Positions 8,101 through 18,821 of a DNA stretch of 64,000 bases are shown here, one piece after another. Positions within the stretch are counted from its first letter, which is position 1; each line of letters begins with the position of its first letter. A program made the translations under genes and the position numbers. Location of the stretch: NCBI GenBank assembly GCA_035528795.1, contig DATKXY010000177.1, forward strand, positions 2,634 through 66,633, written 5' to 3'. The notes below the pieces were generated by a model. That model was given only the letters and a program-made list of their open reading frames with translations, was not told where the DNA came from and searched no databases. The DNA comes from an archaeon. GTDB taxonomy: Bacteria; Gemmatimonadota; Glassbacteria; GWA2-58-10.

Positions 8101-10168
8101 CCGGCTTCATCTTGGAAAGCTCATCCGGCTTGACATTGAGAAGACCGCGTGCCTGCCCGTACTGCCTGCCGTCAAATCTATCGATTTTATCATCTTCCAT
8201 GGATTCCCCAACGCTTGAAATACCGGCGAGCGCCCACTTGATCTCCTCGCGGGAGAGGTCCATTTCCTGGGCGATATCGCTGATAGTCCAATTCTTACTC
8301 CTTAACTGGCGGATCAGACGGGTCTGGATGTCATCCCTGCGGCGGCCGAAAAGGCTTCCGGAGGATCCGACTGCTTCGCTTTTCTCTTCCTTTAAAAGCT
8401 CCTCTTTTATCCTGTGGGCGATATCCGCACCGTAAACTACCCTCTGCCCGACCGGTTGAAAGCGAAGCTCCAACATCCCGCTGTTTCCGGCTTTCTCTTT
8501 ACCCTGAGTTTCATTCCGACCCTCCCCGGTCGTCCTCCCTCTCTGCTTGGCTACAAGCTCTGCGGCAAGCACTCTTTCAACCTGCCGCTTCCTCTCGGCC
8601 ATGCTTTGTCCCGCCTTGACCGAGCGATCTAGTCGCTCAATCTTATTCCCGCTTCCGCTGACACTATCGGTTTTAACCGGCAGCGCCTTTCTGCCGGGAT
8701 TGCTCTTCCGCAGGACCAGCCTTCCCCCTATCAGGATCAGGACAAAAAGAATTCCGAGCAACAGAGTCAAAAGTTTCACCTGCTGGCGCAGCAGCCTGAC
8801 ATCAGGCAGGGAAACAATTCTTGCGGCGCCGGCGCGGAGTGTCTTCAGAAACGGCTGTTCCACGGGCGCAGGGGAAGTTTTTCCCGTGGTTTCAATTGCA
8901 GCCTGCTTAATTCCCGGATCTCTTCCAGGGGATTTTTCAGAATTTAACTCTTCTCTCACAGAGCCCGCCTGTTGAGAATCCCGTGTCCCGGGATCCTCAG
9001 CTTGTATTCGGGAAGCAAGCTTTAATTCATCATTCTCCCGGTCCGGAAGTTTTTCCTCTGTTATTTCCACAGGGGCTTTTAACTCATGGTTTTCTCCCAG
9101 CGATTTTTCAAAATAGCTAGTCGACAACTCGCTCTGGCCGAGAGATTTATAGATCACTCCCAACTCGAAGCAGGCCTGGGAGTGATTCTTGTCAACAGCC
9201 AGAGTCTTTTTCAGATATTCCACAGCCTCCAGGAGATGCCCCTCTGCTTTAAGCTCCATCCCCTTTTGGAAATACAAGGCGGCGGAGTCCTGGGAAACTG
9301 ACTGTTGTGGTTCTAATTCTTGAGCCGGTGCCGAAAGTTCACCACTGGCCACAGGATTCCTGTCCTTGCCGGTGACCGCAGCTTCCAGCACCCGATAATC
9401 TATATCCGGATGGCTGGCGGCCAGCCTGGTTCTTTCCGCCTCGTCAGGCATCTGGCCGAGGAATCTTTCCCAGTTTTCTTTCATGGCCTGCAGGTTGCCG
9501 TTTCTATAATGCAACCAGCTCAGGTAAAGAGATACCGCAGGTCCATACTTCGTACTTTGTCCGGCGCGGCTGAAATTGACCAGGGCATTATCGTATTGGC
9601 CGAGCCGGCAGCGGATCAATCCGGCCTGATAGTAGCTGTCGGCCACCTGGTTGCCTGCCCGGATCGCGTTGCGGAAAGAGATGAGAGCGGCATTATAAAT
9701 GCCTTTCTGCATCTGGCTCAGGCCGTGCTGATAGTAGCTGTCCGTGGTAATCAGACTTCCCGGCTGTTTTCCGGGAAAGCTGTTTTCGGAAATCTCCAGA
9801 ATGAAGCGCCGGGGATTCTGGATATCGAAAGTGCGAATCTTGAAAGGATGGCGGGCCTTGATCCGAGCTACAGTGGCTCCCTGACCCATCGGCAACAGGG
9901 TCACAGACTCGATATGCGGGTTGTCGTCATAAATAAAAGATTGCCGGTCGAGTGCTCCGACCTTTGTCTGGTCAAAACGTATAAAAACAAGCTGCTCTTG
10001 AATATTGGTTTCAAGCTGAGGATTGACTGTTCCATCCAGCCGAAAGGCTACTCTGGCATAGTCGTTTTCGCTGAATACCTGAAGATCCGTTATTTCAGCG
10101 GCATTGATTACCCCGCAGGCCCCGGATACAGCCAGGAAAGAGGCGGTAATAATATGGGAGAGTTTCAT
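8054..10168 (-). CDS. AMIN-domain / TPR-repeat single-pass membrane protein with cytoplasmic HTH-like C-terminus
   Basis: Signal peptide. AMIN-like beta domain (ARVAFRLDGTV...RFILEI). TPR-like helical repeats (AALISFRNAIRAGNQ, YYQAGLIRCRLGQYDNAL, ALYFQKGMELKAEGHLLEAVEYLKK). TM helix LLTLLLGILFVLILIGG. C-terminal WTISDIAQEMDLSREEIKWAL. Confidence 0.55.
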   Translation of the reverse strand: MKLSHIITASFLAVSGACGVINAAEITDLQVFSENDYARVAFRLDGTVNPQLETNIQEQLVFIRFDQTKVGALDRQSFIYDDNPHIESVTLLPMGQGATVARIKARHPFKIRTFDIQNPRRFILEISENSFPGKQPGSLITTDSYYQHGLSQMQKGIYNAALISFRNAIRAGNQVADSYYQAGLIRCRLGQYDNALVNFSRAGQSTKYGPAVSLYLSWLHYRNGNLQAMKENWERFLGQMPDEAERTRLAASHPDIDYRVLEAAVTGKDRNPVASGELSAPAQELEPQQSVSQDSAALYFQKGMELKAEGHLLEAVEYLKKTLAVDKNHSQACFELGVIYKSLGQSELSTSYFEKSLGENHELKAPVEITEEKLPDRENDELKLASRIQAEDPGTRDSQQAGSVREELNSEKSPGRDPGIKQAAIETTGKTSPAPVEQPFLKTLRAGAARIVSLPDVRLLRQQVKLLTLLLGILFVLILIGGRLVLRKSNPGRKALPVKTDSVSGSGNKIERLDRSVKAGQSMAERKRQVERVLAAELVAKQRGRTTGEGRNETQGKEKAGNSGMLELRFQPVGQRVVYGADIAHRIKEELLKEEKSEAVGSSGSLFGRRRDDIQTRLIRQLRSKNWTISDIAQEMDLSREEIKWALAGISSVGESMEDDKIDRFDGRQYGQARGLLNVKPDELSKMKPDEIDREVDFELQINV

Positions 10169-10429
10169 GGCAATCTTCCCGTCAAATGGTTATCGACCCC
10201 GAAACTCCAAGTGAGCGGTGAAACAGGCCAATAAGCGGCGTTAATTATATTTTGCCAGCTAAGGAGAGCAATAGTCGTGCCAGTTGTACAGGGGACCTTG
10301 GAAATCCTGTAAAGCGTATAGAAAGGGGGTTTAAGCTGAACCGGGCAGGAAAATAAAGCGGGAAAGCCTGACGTACTCGGAAAATTTTGCCATGGAGGAT
10401 TTAAAAATAAAAGAGAAAATTTTTCCAGC

Positions 10430-11446
10430 TCAAGCGCTCTTCACGCTATCCGTGGCGCCGCTTTCTGTCTCCTCCTCCTCCCTGTATACCGGGGTCCTGC
10501 CGAGGATAATTTTAATAAAGGTATCCGCGTTTTCCATCTCCTCGCGGATGGCACCGAGATAGTAGTCAAGGTCCACACGGTTATTGTTACCGTTATCAAG
10601 CTGCAAGTGCAGTGTATGCAATACCCCTCGATAGAAAGGAGGAACAAGCGAATCGCCGCCCGAGCCGATATGAGCGGCGCGGGTAATAATATCGCCGAAA
10701 TGAACCAAAGCGCTCAATTCAGGTCTTATTCTGGCGGTGAGCGGCACGTGGTGCAGCTTGATAGCCTCGACCAGCGAGTCGGGCAGGTTCCACCTTTCGG
10801 CCAGCCAGCCGCCCACCTCGGCGTGATTCACCCCGAAAACGCGTTCTTCAGCCCGGGCCAGAAGGATCTTATCCTCGGCTACCAGCCTGAGACACTCGGA
10901 GTAGCTGGCAGTGTGGAACTGGCTTAAAATAACTTTGCCGATGTCATGAATGAGGCCGGCGACAAAGGCCTCGCTTTCTATGGCCCGGAAACCGTGGATG
11001 CGTGCGAGCATTCTGGAGGCCACTGCGACTCCCACCGAATGTTCCCAGAAGCGGCTGTAGTCGAGGAGCTCTTCTCCTTTGTGGGCTCTGGCAAAGCGCG
11101 AGATCACAGCCACGGAAAGCCCAAGGTTTTTAATAGTTTCAAATCCCAGGACAACAATGGCGAGGTTGACCGAGCAAATGGGGTTGGGAAAGCCGTAATA
11201 TGCGGAATTGGCCAGCTTCAAGATTCGTGCGGTCAGCACCTGGTCTGTTTTGATAAGCCTGCTTAATGATCGGGCCGAGCTTTTCGGATCATCGATCAAC
11301 TCGATCATTTTGGCCACCACGGTCGGCAGAGTCGGCAGATTGATAATGGTCTGCGTAATTTTTTTGAGTCGTTCTTTCTCGATACCGGGTACTTTTTTCA
11401 TATTTGACTGCAGGGTCTTCAACCGAAAGCCTTTCGTGGGATGCAC
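10430..11446 (-). CDS. HDOD domain signalling protein
   Basis: HDOD-like N-terminal region (LPTLPTVVAKMIELIDDPKSSARSLSRLIKTDQVLTARILKLANSAYYGF) and HD-like core (HDIGKVIL...HAEVGGWLAERW). ORF-track start is GTG. ATG at MKKVPGIE is plausible. Confidence 0.7.
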   Translation of the reverse strand: MHPTKGFRLKTLQSNMKKVPGIEKERLKKITQTIINLPTLPTVVAKMIELIDDPKSSARSLSRLIKTDQVLTARILKLANSAYYGFPNPICSVNLAIVVLGFETIKNLGLSVAVISRFARAHKGEELLDYSRFWEHSVGVAVASRMLARIHGFRAIESEAFVAGLIHDIGKVILSQFHTASYSECLRLVAEDKILLARAEERVFGVNHAEVGGWLAERWNLPDSLVEAIKLHHVPLTARIRPELSALVHFGDIITRAAHIGSGGDSLVPPFYRGVLHTLHLQLDNGNNNRVDLDYYLGAIREEMENADTFIKIILGRTPVYREEEETESGATDSVKSA

Positions 11447-11749
11447 TCAAGCCCGCAGGTCGATCCTTCGTCCCCGCAATGACTCTGAATTTTCCTCGCC
11501 GCCTCCATGCGATCCGGTGTCCGTCTTCTCGCCGGCTGACAAATTTTCCTCGGAATTGTTCTTTTCCCCGCGCTTGGCGGGCTGCTCATTCTCTTTGCCG
11601 AGACCCGCGCCCTCTTCGAAAGGTTCAATCCTTTCGACCAGATACTCCTCAAAGCTTACCTTTTCGCTTTCCTTTTTGTAGTTTTTTTTGCCTATCTCGA
11701 CCGGCAAAAAATTCAGGTTACCTGAAACAGGTACCACCATCCGTATCAC
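11447..11749 (-). CDS. Low-complexity acidic hypothetical ORF. Doubtful; may be non-coding or a read-through extension.
   Basis: ORF track. Separated from the HDOD gene by a single in-frame TGA. Confidence 0.15.
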   Translation of the reverse strand: MIRMVVPVSGNLNFLPVEIGKKNYKKESEKVSFEEYLVERIEPFEEGAGLGKENEQPAKRGEKNNSEENLSAGEKTDTGSHGGGEENSESLRGRRIDLRA

Positions 11750-12014
11750 CCCCTTTCATCCAGCTTGGGGTTGTCTGGCCCTAAGGTTAATCAGGCTTTT
11801 CGGGCATTCCTTTCCTCTGGAAGAGGCTGCTGGTGGTAAACCGTATGGACTAAACTGCAATTTTAGTGCCTGAAAAGATAAATCAGCGGTCGCTGTTGGA
11901 TGATCTGAATTCAAAGCAGAAAAGGCGCTCTCTCGAGCTGACTATCAGGCTTAAAACCCCTGTCTGACCGGAGTGATTTCAGTTTTAAGGTCTCACACCA
12001 CACCGGCTGCCAAA

Positions 12015-12887
12015 CTATAAAGTATAGCGGAGCTTCCCGCGCATCCGCAGCATGGCCTCGGTATGAATCTGGCAGACCCTGGATTCTGAAATTTGCATCA
12101 CCTCCCCGATCTCTTTAAGGGTCAACCCTTCATAATAGTAGAGCGCAACTACAAGTTTTTCGCGCTCCGGTAAGGTGTTGATCCCATTGACCAGGATCTG
12201 TTTAATCTCCTGGCGCTCGAGCACTGATAGCGGTCCGAAATTCTCGTTGTCCTCGATTACATCGCCCAGACTGATAGACTGGTCGTCCTCTTCGTAAACC
12301 GTATCGTTGAGTGAGAGGAAAGTAATCGGGCTTACCTCTTCCAGTAAAAACTGGTATTCGCTCAGACTGACTCCCAGTTTTTCCGCCATTTCTTTTTCAG
12401 TTGCCGGGCGGCCGAATTCTCCTTCCAGTTGATGCAGGATTTTTTCAAGCTCACGGGCTTTCTTGCGCACGCTGCGCGGAACCCAATCCAGGCTGCGCAA
12501 ACCATCGATAATCGAACCCTTGATTCGCAGAGCAGCATAGGAGGTAAAACGAACCTGTTTTTCCGGTTTATAATTCTCGATGGCATCGATAAGCCCGAGT
12601 ATTCCCAGGCTTTTCAAATCATCAAGATCCACGGACTGAGGCAAGGTAACAGCCAGGCGCTCGGCAATGTAGTGAATCAGGGAAAGGTTGCTGAGCAGAA
12701 TTTTTTCCTTGATTTTAGGATTGCCTGTCCGGTGGTACTCATCCACCATCAGCTCGACCTGCTTGTTTTTGCGAGCTCGCTCCTCCGCTTTATCATTGAT
12801 GCTGGTCAGAGGGATCTTCTTTTTACCTTCAGCCCTCAGCCCTGCGGACTTCTCAGGAGCAGCTTCTGTCTGATATTTTTCGTGCAT
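12015..12887 (-). CDS. fliA: Flagellar sigma factor sigma-28 (FliA/WhiG family)
   Basis: Region 2 motif LIHYIAERL...SLGILGLIDAIENYKPEKQVRFTSYAALRIKGSIID. Region 4 motif LPEREKLVVALYYYEGLTLKEIGEVMQISESRVCQIHTEAMLRMR. Confidence 0.85.
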   Translation of the reverse strand: MHEKYQTEAAPEKSAGLRAEGKKKIPLTSINDKAEERARKNKQVELMVDEYHRTGNPKIKEKILLSNLSLIHYIAERLAVTLPQSVDLDDLKSLGILGLIDAIENYKPEKQVRFTSYAALRIKGSIIDGLRSLDWVPRSVRKKARELEKILHQLEGEFGRPATEKEMAEKLGVSLSEYQFLLEEVSPITFLSLNDTVYEEDDQSISLGDVIEDNENFGPLSVLERQEIKQILVNGINTLPEREKLVVALYYYEGLTLKEIGEVMQISESRVCQIHTEAMLRMRGKLRYTL

Positions 12888-12922
12888 AGGACGTTTAAGA
12901 TGTGATAGTTATTTAACTCAGA

Positions 12923-13234
12923 TCAAAGTTGTTCGATATCTTCCCTTATTCCGGTTTGAGTGGTGTCCTCTTCACTGACAAAACTCTCCCCTTCCTCTTC
13001 TTCTTTCATCCGCGGCAGACCTTTCGGCTCGAGTGAGGTAATTGTAATCAATAGATACCAGTGTAAAAAGAGGCCGATAAAAATGAAAAGCACCAGTAAA
13101 ATGAACGAACGAAAAAGCGCTGTCATAAAAGGAAGCCCGCTGACAACACAAATCAGCAGTGTCAAATAAGAGAGCAGGAACGCCAGTTTTATAATGTTAG
13201 CTTGCATTTTCCTTAAAGCTTTCTTCGTCAGCAA
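12923..13234 (-). CDS. Small two-TM membrane protein (hypothetical) between flhF and fliA
   Basis: ORF track. Two hydrophobic helices. Acidic C-terminus. Abuts the flhF stop. Confidence 0.35.
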   Translation of the reverse strand: MLTKKALRKMQANIIKLAFLLSYLTLLICVVSGLPFMTALFRSFILLVLFIFIGLFLHWYLLITITSLEPKGLPRMKEEEEGESFVSEEDTTQTGIREDIEQL

Positions 13235-14479
13235 TTAAAAAATGTTCTTTACAACCAGTTTGGCGATTTTATCCGGTTGGGCCAGCTCGATATCTTCAGG
13301 CACTTCCTGTCCGAATGTTAAAAAGCTCAGCGGAATTCCCGCTTGCCGGACCACTGAAACAATGGAGCCGAAAGTCAGGGTTTCGTCGAACTTGGTGAAC
13401 AAAAGCCTTATATTTGGGCCCACCTGGAAGCATTTGATAGCGTGCAGCAAGTCTTTGGGCTTGGCGTTGGCACTCAGCACCAGGTGGATCTCATCCGGCC
13501 TGGCGCTTTCCATGAAGCCTTTCAGCTCGCCCAGCAGACGGTCATTGAACTGGCTTCCCCCTGCCATATCGAGCAGGATCACTTCCTTATCTTTGTGTCT
13601 GGCAATGGCTTTGGTCATGTCACGCGGGGAGTGGGCAATTTCCATGGGGATATCGGCAATTTCCGAGAAAGTGCCTAATTGCTGGGTGGCGGCCACCCGG
13701 TAGGTATCCGCTGTTATCATGGCCACCCTGCGATCCCCGTAAAACTTCTTACTCGTGGCCAGTTTGGCCAGACAGGTGGTTTTTCCTACCCCGGTGGGCC
13801 CTGTAAAAGCGATTATCAGCGGAATGTTCTCCCTTACCGGGGCGGGCGGCACCACCTTGATCATCGAGGAGATTTCCCCGATAAGGTATTTTTCCACAAT
13901 CGACATATTTGAATACTGTTTTTCGCTGAATCTTGCATAAAGGCTCTGTATCAGCTCCAGAGAGATTTCTTCCTCAAGCTCGTTTTTTATCAGTTTCTTG
14001 AAAATTTCCTTAAGCACCTGAGGCAGGGCAGGCATACGCTGATAGCGCATCTGCTCGGCCATCTCGCCCAACACCCCTCTCAAATCCTTGAGCTCCTGTT
14101 TCAGCAGGCGGACTGTTTCCGAATCGGACTCCGGGGCACCCTCCGGCTCAGGGTATCGGGGGCTTACTCCATTCAGAGAATTCCGGATAACATTCGAGAA
14201 CTCGGCAGGTCTGGGTTCGGCGACCGGCCCTTCATCGCCCACTCTGAACGAAATGCGTGAGCCTGCGGGCCGGGCGGCAGAGCCTGAGTGCTTTGCTTTC
14301 AGCAAGACATTTTCCTCTGTTGTCGCCGTAACTTCGAACATCTCTTTGCCAAGAAAATCCAGCAATCCTCCCCGGCTGATCTTGCGTGAACCCAGGATCA
14401 CCGCACCGTTGCCTAAATCCCTTTTCATTTTTTCAAGGGCTTCCCGCATTGTAGAAGCAGTGTACTTTTTTACTTTCAT
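13235..14479 (-). CDS. flhF: Flagellar biosynthesis GTPase FlhF (SRP-type GTPase)
   Basis: GTPase motifs IAFTGPTGVGKTTCLAKLA, DTYRVAATQQL, LLDMAGGSQ. 4-bp overlap with the flhA stop. Confidence 0.85.
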   Translation of the reverse strand: MKVKKYTASTMREALEKMKRDLGNGAVILGSRKISRGGLLDFLGKEMFEVTATTEENVLLKAKHSGSAARPAGSRISFRVGDEGPVAEPRPAEFSNVIRNSLNGVSPRYPEPEGAPESDSETVRLLKQELKDLRGVLGEMAEQMRYQRMPALPQVLKEIFKKLIKNELEEEISLELIQSLYARFSEKQYSNMSIVEKYLIGEISSMIKVVPPAPVRENIPLIIAFTGPTGVGKTTCLAKLATSKKFYGDRRVAMITADTYRVAATQQLGTFSEIADIPMEIAHSPRDMTKAIARHKDKEVILLDMAGGSQFNDRLLGELKGFMESARPDEIHLVLSANAKPKDLLHAIKCFQVGPNIRLLFTKFDETLTFGSIVSVVRQAGIPLSFLTFGQEVPEDIELAQPDKIAKLVVKNIF

Positions 14480-16560
14480 GTGGCAACACTCTCTGTTTCA
14501 GCGTTGACTGTACCATAGGAGGTTATTTCAGTTGTCTGCGGCAATTCGCCGTAAGAGATCACCACCAGATTGGGGAAAACAGGCTCGACAAGACGCTTGA
14601 AATATTGGCGGACAGTCGGCGAGCAAACCAGAAGCGGCTGCAGGCCTTCCGAGCTCATCTTCTCGACCTGTTCTTTCAAAGAGGAAGTGATCCGCTCGAT
14701 GAAACGCGGCGGTAAAGCCAGCGGACTACCTTTGGAGACACTGGACTGCAGGATATCCACAATTACCTTCTCGACTTCCGGCGCCAGGGTTATGGCAGTC
14801 ACATTCCCTTCACTGTCTTTGTACATACTGTAGATCGTTCTTTTCAGATTCTGGCGGACATATTCGGTCAGGGTGTTCAGGTCCTTGGTATGGGATGCGT
14901 AATCCGACAACGCTTCAAGGATCGTGACCAGGTCCCGGATCGGTATACGTTCGCGCAGCAGATTCTGCAGCACTTTCTGCACTGCGCCCACAGTCATCAC
15001 ATTGGGCACGAGCTCATCGACCAGAGTGGTATTTTCCTTTTTCACATTATCTACCAGGATCTGGGTATCCTGCCGGCTCAGTATCTCGTGGGCATGCCGC
15101 TTGAGAATCTCCATCAGATGGGTCGCCAGTACTGCAGGAGCCTCAACTACAGTATAGCCTGCCATCTCGGTTTTCTCTTTCTGCTCTTCAGTGACCCAGA
15201 TGGCCTGCAGGCCGAAAACCTGCTCTACTGTGGGGATACCCTCGACTTTTTCTATAACCGTGCCGGGATCGAGAGCCATGAAATGGTTCACCATCACTTC
15301 TCCGCGGGCCATTTCCACACCGCGGATCTTGATCACATACTCATTGTTTTTGAGCTGGATATTATCCCTGATCCTGATCGGCGGCACGATAATCCCGATC
15401 TCGAGGGCGCACTGCTTTCTGATCTCTGTAATGCGACCCAGCAGGTCGCCTCCCTGGTCGGCATCCACCAGAGGAATCAGGCCATAACCGATTTCAAGCT
15501 CCAGAGGATCGACCTGAAGGTATTCCTCGATCGATGTGGTGAGATCGGCTTCGAGTTTTTCCTCTTCGAGTTCCTCGGCCTTTTCCCGGGCTGCGATTAT
15601 CTGTCGTCTCGATCCCAGGCCCAAAATGCCCACCAGGGTGGCCAGAATGACGAACGGAAAGGTGGGAAGCCCAGGTGTGAAACCGAAAAAGTACAGCACG
15701 GCAGAGGTGATAAAAAGCGCGCGCGGCTTGGCGAGAAGCTGGTTCTGGATATCGACACCGAGGTGGCTGTCGCTCGAGGCCCGGGTGATAATCACACCCG
15801 CTGCGGTTGAGACCACGAGTGCGGGGATTTGGCTCACCAACCCGTCACCCACCGTGAGCAGAGTGTATGTTCTGATAGCATCGCTGAAAGGCATGCCCCG
15901 CTGGGCCACTCCGATAATAAAGCCTCCCAGGATATTGATAAAAGTAATTAAAATAGCCGCAATGGCGTCACCCCTGACAAACTTGGCCGCACCATCCATG
16001 GCCCCATAGAATTCGGCTTCGCGGTCGATCTTGTCGCGCCGGGCTCTGGCTTGCCGCTCATCGATCAGGCCGTTGTTCAAATCGGCGTCAATCGCCATCT
16101 GCTTGCCCGGCATTTTATCCAGGGTAAACCGCGCCGCCACCTCGGCGATACGCTGGGCGCCCTTGGTCAGGACAACGAAATTAATGATTACAAGTATGGC
16201 AAAGATAATAATTCCGACAACGTAGTTTCCGCCGATCACAAAGGTGCCGAAAGCCTCGATCACCCGCCCGGCGTAAGCCTCCGAGAGGATCAAGCGGGTC
16301 GAGGCCACATTGAGCGAGAGCCTGAACAGGGTGACCATCAGAAGCAGGCCTGGAAACACTGAAAGCTGCAGGGGCTCAGTAATATAAAGTACAACTACCA
16401 GGACCATCAGGGCAATCGAAATGTCCAGGGTCAGCATCAGGTCCAACAGAAACGGCGGTATGGGGATAATCATTACCACCAGGATAGCCACCAGCCCTAA
16501 AGCGAGCAGCACATCGCTGTATTTCGAAAAACTTATCGCTGTCTTTCTTCCTTCCGCCAC
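14476..16560 (-). CDS. flhA: Flagellar export apparatus protein FlhA
   Basis: 694 aa. N-terminal multi-TM domain (VLLALGLVAILVVMIIPIPPFLLDLMLTLDISIALMVL). FHIPEP-like conserved cytoplasmic domain. Confidence 0.95.
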   Translation of the reverse strand: MAEGRKTAISFSKYSDVLLALGLVAILVVMIIPIPPFLLDLMLTLDISIALMVLVVVLYITEPLQLSVFPGLLLMVTLFRLSLNVASTRLILSEAYAGRVIEAFGTFVIGGNYVVGIIIFAILVIINFVVLTKGAQRIAEVAARFTLDKMPGKQMAIDADLNNGLIDERQARARRDKIDREAEFYGAMDGAAKFVRGDAIAAILITFINILGGFIIGVAQRGMPFSDAIRTYTLLTVGDGLVSQIPALVVSTAAGVIITRASSDSHLGVDIQNQLLAKPRALFITSAVLYFFGFTPGLPTFPFVILATLVGILGLGSRRQIIAAREKAEELEEEKLEADLTTSIEEYLQVDPLELEIGYGLIPLVDADQGGDLLGRITEIRKQCALEIGIIVPPIRIRDNIQLKNNEYVIKIRGVEMARGEVMVNHFMALDPGTVIEKVEGIPTVEQVFGLQAIWVTEEQKEKTEMAGYTVVEAPAVLATHLMEILKRHAHEILSRQDTQILVDNVKKENTTLVDELVPNVMTVGAVQKVLQNLLRERIPIRDLVTILEALSDYASHTKDLNTLTEYVRQNLKRTIYSMYKDSEGNVTAITLAPEVEKVIVDILQSSVSKGSPLALPPRFIERITSSLKEQVEKMSSEGLQPLLVCSPTVRQYFKRLVEPVFPNLVVISYGELPQTTEITSYGTVNAETESVAT

Positions 16561-16593
16561 AGACAGAACCCTTATCTTGAAAACGAATTATTA

Positions 16594-16752
16594 AGAGACC
16601 TTTGAAAAAAGCCCAGGTAAAAGGATAATATTCGATCCATAGGGGCGGTTCGCATATTGCCCCTACAATAACCTATTGATTTTTATAGCGTTATAAAAAG
16701 TAAGCAATGGTGCTCGAGTAAAATGATATTATGTTTCAAAAGTTTCATTAAG
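16594..16752. repeat. Intergenic repeat family A, copy (agagacctttgaaaaaagcccaggtaa...taggggcggttcgc..gcccctac...AT-rich tail)
   Basis: High similarity to 55531..55700 and, in reverse orientation, to 43795..43905. Tail shared with 27955..28070. Confidence 0.7.
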
Positions 16753-16786
16753 TAAAAACACCGGCTAGATCCAGCCCGGTTCATTT

Positions 16787-17869
16787 TCACACCACAACTC
16801 TTTTATTTTTCAGACGGTAGACATAGGCCAGCACCTCAGCCACGGCTCTGTAAAGGTGGGCCGGGATTTCGGTTCCTATCTCGACCGTTTTAAACAAGAT
16901 CTGGGCCAGAGGTTTGTTTTCCACAATCGGGATGTCATTCGCCCGGGCGATCTCCTTTATCTTTTCAGCCACAAGCCTTGCCCCCTTGGCCACCACTACC
17001 GGCGCTCTCATTTTCAGCTGATCGTATTTCAGCGCCACGGCCAGGGCGGTGGGGTTGGTAACCACCACATCCGCTTCCTTGACATCCTGCATCATTCTTC
17101 TCCGGGCCGTCTCTATCTGGATCGCGCGGATCCGGCTCTTGATCACCGGGTCGCCTTCCTGCTGCTTGCGCTCCTCTTTGATTTCATAGTGGCTCATCTT
17201 GAGGTTCTTAAAATACTGGTAGCGCTGCCAGAGGTAATCCAGGATAGACAAGGCCAGCAGCATCAGTGCGATCCGCAGGCTCAGGAAAAAAATCTGTTTC
17301 ATCAGGTAAATAAAAAACTGGCCCACCTCCTGGTCCAGGAGCAGAATATAATCAGCGAACATCCCCCTGATTGTCCAGATTGAAAGGGCGGCCACTGCGG
17401 CTACTTTGAAAATGCTTTTAAAAAGCTCGACCAAAGCTTTCGAGGAGGCGAAAGTCCGTTTCAGCCCTTTGATCGGGTCCATTTTACTCAACTTTGGCAT
17501 CAGGGGCTTAAAAGTGAAATTGGGACCTGACTGGGCGACGCCGGTCAGAACCCCGATAACCATCAATACCAGAAAAAGCGGCCCCAGAAGCTGGATCAGG
17601 AAAAAAGACGCCGCTTTGATATATTCCTGCAAGCTTTGCTGGTTGAGCTCTATGTTTACCGCGTTGTTGAAAATGAAATAGCCGGCCTCCATCATTTGAC
17701 GCCACATCATGGAGCCCAAAAAGTAGAGCGCTACCACCCCGGTCAAAAGAACCATCGTGCTCGACAGCTCGACCGACCGGGGTATATTGCCCTCCAGCCG
17801 CGCATCCTCCAGCCGTTTTTGTGTAGGTTCCTCTGTCTTTTCTTCCTGCGGAGTGTTCTCTTCGGCCAC
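16787..17869 (-). CDS. flhB: Flagellar export apparatus protein FlhB
   Basis: 360 aa. Four TM helices. Autocleavage-region motif NPTALAVALKY. Confidence 0.9.
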   Translation of the reverse strand: MAEENTPQEEKTEEPTQKRLEDARLEGNIPRSVELSSTMVLLTGVVALYFLGSMMWRQMMEAGYFIFNNAVNIELNQQSLQEYIKAASFFLIQLLGPLFLVLMVIGVLTGVAQSGPNFTFKPLMPKLSKMDPIKGLKRTFASSKALVELFKSIFKVAAVAALSIWTIRGMFADYILLLDQEVGQFFIYLMKQIFFLSLRIALMLLALSILDYLWQRYQYFKNLKMSHYEIKEERKQQEGDPVIKSRIRAIQIETARRRMMQDVKEADVVVTNPTALAVALKYDQLKMRAPVVVAKGARLVAEKIKEIARANDIPIVENKPLAQILFKTVEIGTEIPAHLYRAVAEVLAYVYRLKNKRVVV

Positions 17870-17877
17870 TTTACCCT

Positions 17878-18657
17878 CTAAAGAAATTTAAGCAGGATCA
17901 TGATATTATTTTCCATGCTGGTAACCAGCTTGGAAAACACATAGGCGAAAAACGGAAGACTGATCCCTAAAAGCAGGATTCCCACGCCGACCTTAACTGG
18001 AAAACCGATAATGAAAATATTGATCTGCGGTGCGGTGCGGGCGATAAATCCCAGGGCGACATCGGCCAGAAAGAGCGCGGCAAGAATCGGCGCTCCCATT
18101 TTCAAGGCAATGATAAAAACCTCCCCGCTCATGCGTATCAACTCTCCGGCCAGCGGCCCCTCCAGCGTTACGCCGGCTACAGGAATCACATGGAAACTGG
18201 CCGCCATGGCCTTGAAAAGAAAATGGTCCCAGAACATGCTCAGATATATCAACACAGCAAGCAGGTTCTGCAGGGTGCCGATTATGCTGATCTGTTCCTC
18301 GCTCATTGGATCGATGATATTTCCAATGCGCAGTCCCATCTGGAATCCAACCAGGTCTCCCGCAAATTGTATTCCATGGAACACCAGCATGGAGACAAAA
18401 CCCAGCAGAAAACCCACCAGAAGCTCTTTGGCAAGCATCACCACATAACTCACCATGCTCTCGGGCAGCAGAACCCCGCTTATCTGGACAGTGGGCACCA
18501 GGATAAAGGTGATAACCAGCGCGAGACCTATCCGCACCAGGCGGGGCACATTCTCCGAGCCGAAAAACGGCATCATGAACACAATGCCGCTGATGCGAAT
18601 GAAAATAATCGAGTAGATTTCAATCTGGCGCAGCGCAATTTCCGGGACCGGCAGCAT
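17878..18657 (-). CDS. fliR: Flagellar export apparatus protein FliR
   Basis: 259-aa polytopic membrane protein located between flhB and fliQ. Confidence 0.85.
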   Translation of the reverse strand: MLPVPEIALRQIEIYSIIFIRISGIVFMMPFFGSENVPRLVRIGLALVITFILVPTVQISGVLLPESMVSYVVMLAKELLVGFLLGFVSMLVFHGIQFAGDLVGFQMGLRIGNIIDPMSEEQISIIGTLQNLLAVLIYLSMFWDHFLFKAMAASFHVIPVAGVTLEGPLAGELIRMSGEVFIIALKMGAPILAALFLADVALGFIARTAPQINIFIIGFPVKVGVGILLLGISLPFFAYVFSKLVTSMENNIMILLKFL

Positions 18658-18821
18658 TTGATCAACCCCTCACTTTTTCCAACTCGGAAAGAGATTCCTT
18701 CCCGCAGCGGGAAATGATTGCCGTGCTTAACCCGATCAAACCCTTTAAGACTCAGACCTGCTTCAACCTGAGGGGTAAAAACTTCCCTGGACAAATTTTC
18801 CGGTAAAGAATACCGGCTTGC